Shown piece after piece: positions 54,401 to 64,000 of a DNA stretch of 64,000 bases. This DNA comes from Auanema rhodensis (taxonomy: Eukaryota > Animalia > Nematoda): assembly GCA_964057225.1 (NCBI GenBank), contig OZ059898.1, positions 17,050,001 through 17,114,000 on the forward strand, written 5' to 3'. Both the position numbers and the translations under genes were made by a program. The number at the start of each line of letters is the position of its first letter. Position 1 is the stretch's first letter. The notes below the pieces were generated by a model that was given only the letters and a program-made list of their open reading frames with translations, did not search any database and was not told the DNA's origin.

Positions 54401-57400
54401 TATATCCTGGATTTTCACCCTGAAGAATTAATTTTTTCGTTGAATAACATTGTCCATCGTCTTTGCCTTGAAAAAAGGAATCTAAAAACATCTACTTTTT
54501 GCTAAATTATTCTGAAATTTTTCGAAAAAAGTTTTGTCAAAATGTTTTTGGAAGCAATGTTGAGTGTACATGGAAACTCAACATACACTAATGCATCATT
54601 TTTCAAACGATCATAACTAATTTTTGTATTAAGCGTTTCTCAATGTAGTATAGTGCATTCGATGCGGATTTTTAAACTGCGTCGATCTGTGTTATCAGAT
54701 TTGCGCTAGCTTAAAAATGCACCGAGATATGAACTGATATAAGTTCACACTTATATCCTCGATTTTCACCCTGAAGAATTATTTTTTTCGTTGAATAACA
54801 TTGTCCATCGTCTTTGCCTTGAAAAAAGGAATCTAAAAACATCTACTTTTTGCTAAATTATTCTGAAATTTTTCGAAAAAATTTTTGTCAAAATGTTTTT
54901 GGAAGCAATGTTGAGTGTACATGGAAACTCAACATACACTAATGCATCATTTTTCAAACGATCATAACTAATTTTTGTATTAAGCGTTTCTCAATGTAGT
55001 ATAGTGCATTCGATGCGGATTTTCAAGCTGCGTCGATCTGTGTTATCAGATTTTCGCTAGCTTAAAAATGCACCGAGATATCAACTGATATAAGTTCACA
55101 CTTATATCCTGGATTTTCACCCTGAAGAATTAATTTTTTCGTTGAATAACATTGTCCATCGTCTTTGCCTTGAAAAAAGGAATCTAAAAACATCTACTTT
55201 TTGCTAAATTATTCTGAAATTTTTCGAAAAAAGTTTTGTCAAAATGTTTTTGGAAGCAATGTTGAGTGTACATGGAAACTCAACATACACTAATGCATCA
55301 TTTTTCAAACGATCATAACTAATTTTTGTATTAAGCGTTTCTCAATGTAGTATAGTGCATTCGATGCGGATTTTTAAACTGCGTCGATCTGTGTTATCAG
55401 ATTTGCGCTAGCTTAAAAATGCACCGAGATATGAACTGATATAAGTTCACACTTATATCCTCGATTTTCACCCTGAAGAATTATTTTTTTCGTTGAATAA
55501 CATTGTCCATCGTCTTTGCCTTGAAAAAAGGAATCTAAAAACATCTACTTTTTGCTAAATTATTCTGAAATTTTTCGAAAAAATTTTTGTCAAAATGTTT
55601 TTGGAAGCAATGTTGAGTGTACATGGAAACTCAACATACACTAATGCATCATTTTTCAAACGATCATAACTAATTTTTGTATTAAGCGTTTCTCAATGTA
55701 GTATAGTGCATTCGATGCGGATTTTCAAGCTGCGTCGATCTGTGTTATCAGATTTTCGCTAGCTTAAAAATGCACCGAGATATCAACTGATATAAGTTCA
55801 CACTTATATCCTGGATTTTCACCCTGAAGAATTAATTTTTTCGTTGAATAACATTGTCCATCGTCTTTGCCTTGAAAAAAGGAATCTAAAAACATCTACT
55901 TTTTGCTAAATTATTCTGAAATTTTTCGAAAAAAGTTTTGTCAAAATGTTTTTGGAAGCAATGTTGAGTGTACATGGAAACTCAACATACACTAATGCAT
56001 CATTTTTCAAACGATCATAACTAATTTTTGTATTAAGCGTTTCTCAATGTAGTATAGTGCATTCGATGCGGATTTTTAAACTGCGTCGATCTGTGTTATC
56101 AGATTTGCGCTAGCTTAAAAATGCACCGAGATATGAACTGATATAAGTTCACACTTATATCCTCGATTTTCACCCTGAAGAATTATTTTTTTCGTTGAAT
56201 AACATTGTCCATCGTCTTTGCCTTGAAAAAAGGAATCTAAAAACATCTACTTTTTGCTAAATTATTCTGAAATTTTTCGAAAAAATTTTTGTCAAAATGT
56301 TTTTGGAAGCAATGTTGAGTGTACATGGAAACTCAACATACACTAATGCATCATTTTTCAAACGATCATAACTAATTTTTGTATTAAGCGTTTCTCAATG
56401 TAGTATAGTGCATTCGATGCGGATTTTTAAGCTGCGTCGATCTGTGTTATCAGATTTGCGCTAGCTTAAAAATGCACCGAGATATGAACTGATATAAGTT
56501 CACACTTATATCCTCGATTTTCACCCTGAAGAATTATTTTTTTCGTTGAATAACATTGTCCATCGTCTTTGCCTTGAAAAAAGAAATCTAAAAACATCTA
56601 CTTTTTGCTAAATTATTCTGAAATTTTTCGAAAAAATTTTTGTCAAAATGTTTTTGGAAGCAATGTTGAGTGTACATGGAAACTCAACATACACTAATGC
56701 ATCATTTTTCAAACGATCATAACTAATTTTTGTATTAAGCGTTTCTCAATGTAGTATAGTGCATTCGATGCCGATTTTCAAGCTGCGTCGATCTGTGTTA
56801 TCAGATTTTCGCTAGCTTAAAAATGCACCGAGATATCAACTGATATAAGTTCACACTTATATCCTCGATTTTCACCCTGAAGAATTAATTTTTTCGTTGA
56901 ATAACATTGTCCATCGTCTTTGCCTTGAAAAAAGGAATCTAAAAACATCTACTTTTTGCTAAATTATTCTGAAGTTTTTCGAAAAAATTTTTGTCAAAAT
57001 GTTTTTGGAAGCAATGTTGAGTGTACATGGAAACTCAACATACACTAATGCATCATTTTTCAAACGATCATAACTAATTTTTGTATTAAGCGTTTCTCAA
57101 TGTAGTATAGTGCATTCGATGCGGATTTTTAAGCTGCGTCGATCTGTGTTATCAGATTTGCGCTAGCTTAAAAATGCACCGAGATATCAACTGATATAAG
57201 TTCACACTTATATCCTCGATTTTCACCCTGAAGAAATAATTTTTTCGTTGAATAACATTGTCCATCGTCTTTGCCTTGAAAAAAGGAATCTAAAAACATC
57301 TACTTTTGCTAAATTATTTTGAAGTTTTTCGAAAAAATTTTGTCAAAATGTTTTTGGAAGCAATGTTGAGTGTACATGGAAACTCAACATACACTAATGC

Positions 57401-57906
57401 ATCATTTTTCAAACGATCATAACTAATTTTTGTATTAAGCGTTTCTCAATGTAGTATAGTGCATTCGATGCGGATTTTTAAACTGCGTCGATCTGTGTTA
57501 TCAGATTTGCGCTAGCTTAAAAATGCACCGAGATATCAACTGATATAAGTTCACACTTATATCCTCGATTTTCACCCTGAAGAATTATTATTTTCGTTGA
57601 ATAACATTGTCCATCGTCTTTGCCTTGAAAAAAGGAATCTAAAAACATCTACTTTTTGCTAAATTATTTTGAAGTTTTTCGAAAAAATTTTTGTCAAAAT
57701 GTTTTTGGAAGCAATGTTGAGTGTACATGGAAACTCAACATACACTAATGCATCATTTTTCAAACGATCATAACTAATTTTTGTATTAAGCGTTTCTCAA
57801 TGTAGTATAGTGCATTCGATGCGGATTTTTAAGCTGCGTCGATCTGTGTTATCAGATTTGCGCTAGCTTAAAAATGCACCGAGATATCAACTGATATAAG
57901 TTCACA
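47381..57906. repeat. 15-monomer tandem duplication (5263 bp = 15x351-2) with a nested 702-bp dimer repeat
   Basis: The ordered monomer types of 47381-52643 are repeated at 52644-57906: five cctgga/aaagtttt dimers, gatgccgatt (about 51509/56772), a 349-bp monomer (51944/57207) and an aattattatt monomer (52293/57556). Confidence 0.9.
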
Positions 57907-60900
57907 CTTATATCCTCGATTTTCACCCTGAAGAAATAATTTTTTCGTTGAATAACATTGTCCATCGTCTTTGCCTTGAAAAAAGGAATCTAAGAACATC
58001 TACTTTTTGCTAAATTATTTTGAAGTTTTTCGAAAAAATTTTTGTCAAAATGTTTTTGGAAGCAATGTTGAGTGTACATGGAAACTCAACATACACTAAT
58101 GCATCATTTTTCAAACGATCATAACTAATTTTTGTATTAAGCGTTTCTCAATGTAGTATAGTGCATTCGATGCGGATTTTCAAGCTGCGTCGATCTGTGT
58201 TATCAGATTTGCGCTAGCTTAAAAATGCACCGAGATATCAACTGATATAAGTTCACACTTATACCCTCGATTTTCACCCTGAAGAAATAATTTTTTCGTT
58301 GAATAACACTGTCCATCGTCTTTGCCTTGAAAAAAGGAATCTAAAAACATCTACTTTTTGCTAAATTATTTTGAAGTTTTTCGAAAAAATTTTTGTCAAA
58401 ATGTTTTTGGAAGCAATGTTGAGTGTACATGGAAACTCAACATACACTAATGCATCATTTTTCAAACGATCATAACTAATTTTTGTATTAAGCGTTTCTC
58501 AATGTAGTATAGTGCATTCGATGCGGATTTTTAAACTGCGTCGATCTGTGTTATCAGATTTGCGCTAGCTTAAAAATGCACCGAGATATGAACTGATATA
58601 AGTTCACACTTATACCCTCGATTTTCACCCTGAAGAAATAATTTTTTCGTTGAATAACACTGTCCATCGTCTTTGCCTTGAAAAAAGGAATCTAAAAACA
58701 TCTACTTTTTGCTAAATTATTTTGAAGTTTTTCGAAAAAATTTTTGTCAAAATGTTTTTGGAAGCAATGTTGAGTGTACATGGAAACTCAACATACACTA
58801 ATGCATCATTTTTCAAACGATCATAACTAATTTTTGTATTAAGCGTTTCTCAATGTAGTATAGTGCATTCGATGCGGATTTTTAAGCTGCGTCGATCTGT
58901 GTTATCAGATTTGCGCTAGCTTAAAAATGCACCGAGATATGAACTGATATAAGTTCACACTTATATCCTCGATTTTCACCCTGAAGAATTATTTTTTTCG
59001 TTGAATAACATTGTCCATCGTCTTTGCCTTGAAAAAAGAAATCTAAAAACATCTACTTTTTGCTAAATTATTCTGAAATTTTTCGAAAAAATTTTTGTCA
59101 AAATGTTTTTGGAAGCAATGTTGAGTGTACATGGAAACTCAACATACACTAATGCATCATTTTTCAAACGATCATAACTAATTTTTGTATTAAGCGTTTC
59201 TCAATGTAGTATAGTGCATTCGATGCGGATTTTTAAGCTGCGTCGATCTGTGTTATCAGATTTGCGCTAGCTTAAAAATGCACCGAGATATGAACTGATA
59301 TAAGTTCACACTTATATCCTCGATTTTCACCCTGAAGAATTATTTTTTTCGTTGAATAACATTGTCCATCGTCTTTGCCTTGAAAAAAGAAATCTAAAAA
59401 CATCTACTTTTTGCTAAATTATTCTGAAATTTTTCGAAAAAATTTTTGTCAAAATGTTTTTGGAAGCAATGTTGAGTGTACATGGAAACTCAACATACAC
59501 TAATGCATCATTTTTCAAACGATCATAACTAATTTTTGTATTAAGCGTTTCTCAATGTAGTATAGTGCAATCGATGCGGATTTTCAAGCTGCGTCGATCT
59601 GTGTTATCAGATTTTCGCTAGCTTAAAAATGCACCGAGATATCAACTGATATAAGTTCACACTTATATCCTCGATTTTCACCCTGAAGAATTATTTTTTT
59701 CGTTGAATAACATTGTCCATCGTCTTTGCCTTGAAAAAAGGAATCTAAAAACATCTACTTTTTGCTAAATTATTCTGAAATTTTTCGAAAAAATTTTTGT
59801 CAAAATGTTTTTGGAAGCAATGTTGAGTGTACATGGAAACTCAACATACACTAATGCATCATTTTTCAAACGATCATAACTAATTTTTGTATTAAGCGTT
59901 TCTCAATGTAGTATAGTGCATTCGATGCGGATTTTTAAGCTGCGTCGATCTGTGTTATCAGATTTGCGCTAGCTTAAAAATGCACCGAGATATGAACTGA
60001 TATAAGTTCACACTTATATCCTCGATTTTCACCCTGAAGAATTATTTTTTTCGTTGAATAACATTGTCCATCGTCTTTGCCTTGAAAAAAGAAATCTAAA
60101 AACATCTACTTTTTGCTAAATTATTCTGAAATTTTTCGAAAAAATTTTTGTCAAAATGTTTTTGGAAGCAATGTTGAGTGTACATGGAAACTCAACATAC
60201 ACTAATGCATCATTTTTCAAACGATCATAACTAATTTTTGTATTAAGCGTTTCTCAATGTAGTATAGTGCATTCGATGCCGATTTTCAAGCTGCGTCGAT
60301 CTGTGTTATCAGATTTTCGCTAGCTTAAAAATGCACCGAGATATCAACTGATATAAGTTCACACTTATATCCTCGATTTTCACCCTGAAGAATTAATTTT
60401 TTCGTTGAATAACATTGTCCATCGTCTTTGCCTTGAAAAAAGGAATCTAAAAACATCTACTTTTTGCTAAATTATTCTGAAGTTTTTCGAAAAAATTTTT
60501 GTCAAAATGTTTTTGGAAGCAATGTTGAGTGTACATGGAAACTCAACATACACTAATGCATCATTTTTCAAACGATCATAACTAATTTTTGTATTAAGCG
60601 TTTCTCAATGTAGTATAGTGCATTCGATGCGGATTTTTAAGCTGCGTCGATCTGTGTTATCAGATTTGCGCTAGCTTAAAAATGCACCGAGATATCAACT
60701 GATATAAGTTCACACTTATATCCTCGATTTTCACCCTGAAGAAATAATTTTTTCGTTGAATAACATTGTCCATCGTCTTTGCCTTGAAAAAAGGAATCTA
60801 AAAACATCTACTTTTGCTAAATTATTTTGAAGTTTTTCGAAAAAATTTTGTCAAAATGTTTTTGGAAGCAATGTTGAGTGTACATGGAAACTCAACATAC

Positions 60901-63900
60901 ACTAATGCATCATTTTTCAAACGATCATAACTAATTTTTGTATTAAGCGTTTCTCAATGTAGTATAGTGCATTCGATGCGGATTTTTAAACTGCGTCGAT
61001 CTGTGTTATCAGATTTGCGCTAGCTTAAAAATGCACCGAGATATCAACTGATATAAGTTCACACTTATATCCTCGATTTTCACCCTGAAGAATTATTATT
61101 TTCGTTGAATAACATTGTCCATCGTCTTTGCCTTGAAAAAAGGAATCTAAAAACATCTACTTTTTGCTAAATTATTTTGAAGTTTTTCGAAAAAATTTTT
61201 GTCAAAATGTTTTTGGAAGCAATGTTGAGTGTACATGGAAACTCAACATACACTAATGCATCATTTTTCAAACGATCATAACTAATTTTTGTATTAAGCG
61301 TTTCTCAATGTAGTATAGTGCATTCGATGCGGATTTTTAAGCTGCGTCGATCTGTGTTATCAGATTTGCGCTAGCTTAAAAATGCACCGAGATATCAACT
61401 GATATAAGTTCACACTTATATCCTCGATTTTCACCCTGAAGAAATAATTTTTTCGTTGAATAACATTGTCCATCGTCTTTGCCTTGAAAAAAGGAATCTA
61501 AGAACATCTACTTTTTGCTAAATTATTTTGAAGTTTTTCGAAAAAATTTTTGTCAAAATGTTTTTGGAAGCAATGTTGAGTGTACATGGAAACTCAACAT
61601 ACACTAATGCATCATTTTTCAAACGATCATAACTAATTTTTGTATTAAGCGTTTCTCAATGTAGTATAGTGCATTCGATGCGGATTTTCAAGCTGCGTCG
61701 ATCTGTGTTATCAGATTTGCGCTAGCTTAAAAATGCACCGAGATATCAACTGATATAAGTTCACACTTATACCCTCGATTTTCACCCTGAAGAAATAATT
61801 TTTTCGTTGAATAACACTGTCCATCGTCTTTGCCTTGAAAAAAGGAATCTAAAAACATCTACTTTTTGCTAAATTATTTTGAAGTTTTTCGAAAAAATTT
61901 TTGTCAAAATGTTTTTGGAAGCAATGTTGAGTGTACATGGAAACTCAACATACACTAATGCATCATTTTTCAAACGATCATAACTAATTTTTGTATTAAG
62001 CGTTTCTCAATGTAGTATAGTGCATTCGATGCGGATTTTTAAACTGCGTCGATCTGTGTTATCAGATTTGCGCTAGCTTAAAAATGCACCGAGATATGAA
62101 CTGATATAAGTTCACACTTATATCCTCGATTTTCACCCTGAAGAATTATTTTTTTCGTTGAATAACATTGTCCATCGTCTTTGCCTTGAAAAAAGGAATC
62201 TAAGAACATCTACTTTTTGCTAAATTATTTTGAAATTTTTCGAAAAAATTTTTGTCAAAATGTTTTTGGAAGCAATGTTGAGTGTACATGGAAACTCAAC
62301 ATACACTAATGCATCATTTTTCAAACGATCATAACTAATTTTTGTATTAAGCGTTTCTCAATGTAGTATAGTGCATTCGATGCGGATTTTCAAGCTGCGT
62401 CGATCTGTGTTATCAGATTTGCGCTAGCTTAAAAATGCACCGAGATATCAACTGATATAAGTTCACACTTATACCCTCGATTTTCACCCTGAAGAAATAA
62501 TTTTTTCGTTGAATAACACTGTCCATCGTCTTTGCCTTGAAAAAAGGAATCTAAAAACATCTACTTTTTGCTAAATTATTTTGAAGTTTTTCGAAAAAAT
62601 TTTTGTCAAAATGTTTTTGGAAGCAATGTTGAGTGTACATGGAAACTCAACATACACTAATGCATCATTTTTCAAACGATCATAACTAATTTTTGTATTA
62701 AGCGTTTCTCAATGTAGTATAGTGCATTCGATGCGGATTTTTAAGCTGCGTCGATCTGTGTTATCAGATTTGCGCTAGCTTAAAAATGCACCGAGATATG
62801 AACTGATATAAGTTCACACTTATATCCTCGATTTTCACCCTGAAGAATTATTTTTTTCGTTGAATAACATTGTCCATCGTCTTTGCCTTGAAAAAAGAAA
62901 TCTAAAAACATCTACTTTTTGCTAAATTATTCTGAAATTTTTCGAAAAAATTTTTGTCAAAATGTTTTTGGAAGCAATGTTGAGTGTACATGGAAACTCA
63001 ACATACACTAATGCATCATTTTTCAAACGATCATAACTAATTTTTGTATTAAGCGTTTCTCAATGTAGTATAGTGCAATCGATGCGGATTTTCAAGCTGC
63101 GTCGATCTGTGTTATCAGATTTTCGCTAGCTTAAAAATGCACCGAGATATCAACTGATATAAGTTTACACTTATATCCTCGATTTTCACCCTGAAGAATT
63201 AATTTTTTCGTTGAATAACATTGTCCATCGTCTTTGCCTTGAAAAAAGGAATCTAAAAACATCTACTTTTTGCTAAATTATTTTGAAGTTTTTCGAAAAA
63301 ATTTTTGTCAAAATGTTTTTGGAAGCAATGTTGAGTGTACATGGAAACTCAACATACACTAATGCATCATTTTTCAAACGATCATAACTAATTTTTGTAT
63401 TAAGCGTTTCTCAATGTAGTATAGTGCATTCGATGCGGATTTTTAAACTGCGTCGATCTGTGTTATCAGATTTGCGCTAGCTTAAAAATGCACCGAGATA
63501 TGAACTGATATTAAGTTCACACTTATATCCTCGATTTTCACCCTGAAGAATTATTTTTTTCGTTGAATAACATTGTCCATCGTCTTTGCCTTGAAAAAAG
63601 GAATCCAAAAACATCTACTTTTTGCTAAATTATTCTGAAATTTTTCGAAAAAATTTTTGTCAAAATGTTTTTGGAAGCAATGTTGAGTGTACATGGAAAC
63701 TCAACATACACTAATGCATCATTTTTCAAACGATCATAACTAATTTTTGTATTAAGCGTTTCTCAATGTAGTATAGTGCATTCGATGCCGATTTTCAAGC
63801 TGCGTCGATCTGTGTTATCAGATTTTCGCTAGCTTAAAAATGCACCGAGATATCAACTGATATAAGTTCACACTTATATCCTCGATTTTCACCCTGAAGA

Positions 63901-64000
63901 ATTAATTTTTTCGTTGAATAACATTGTCCATCGTCTTTGCCTTGAAAAAAGGAATCTAAAAACATCTATTTTTTGCTAAATTATTCTGAAGTTTTTCGAA
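56154..64000. repeat. Diverged 10-monomer higher-order repeat (about 3508 bp), a little over 2 copies
   Basis: gatgccgatt at about 56772, 60280 and 63789; 349-bp monomers at 57207 and 60715; taagaacatc monomers at 57907 and 61415; gtgcaatcg at about 59570 and 63078. Confidence 0.82.

Larger units (their letters stand above)
1..64000. repeat. Tandem satellite DNA array, 351-bp monomer, 182 full copies plus a partial copy, head-to-tail; extends beyond both window edges
   Basis: The motif cttatatcctcgattttcaccctgaag recurs at 1, 352, 703 ... 3511, 7021, 28081 and 34750 (exact 351-bp register). The last start, 63873, equals 1+182x351-10, matching the indels seen. No non-repeat sequence was found anywhere. 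Confidence 0.99.

Noticed and set aside
1-64000. CRISPR or other repeat-spacer array built on the 28-bp palindrome
   Set aside because: The sequence between palindromes is as invariant as the palindromes. There are no unique spacers, leader or cas genes.
1-64000. Giant repeat-protein gene (351 bp = 117 codons)
   Set aside because: The ORF track shows no long frame on either strand, so divisibility by three appears coincidental.

Overview
The whole 64 kb window is one uninterrupted head-to-tail tandem array of a 351-bp, AT-rich satellite (monomer 1 is about 30% GC by hand count). It holds 182 complete monomers plus 128 bp of a 183rd, all in one orientation. Monomers differ by only a few substitutions. 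The only indels I found are three 1-bp deletions, four monomers with a linked double deletion and one 1-bp insertion. Their net of -10 bp exactly explains the last monomer start at 63873. I found no credible protein-coding gene, RNA gene, transposon insertion or CRISPR array, and the two predicted ORFs are chance stop-loss variants of the repeat. The structure of interest is at two scales. (i) Each monomer is a chain of inverted repeats, including a 28-bp 11+6+11 dyad and a roughly 51-bp hairpin. (ii) Diagnostic variants divide the array into three domains (about 1.8-28 kb, 28-44 kb and 44-64 kb) with nested recent block duplications or higher-order repeats of 2, 4, 5, 6, 7, 9, 10 and 15 monomers and recognisable chimeric junction monomers. 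This looks like eukaryotic (peri)centromeric or heterochromatic satellite DNA, probably from a lineage with little CpG-methylation decay. I cannot name the family or organism from sequence alone, and I see no support for a novel gene system here.
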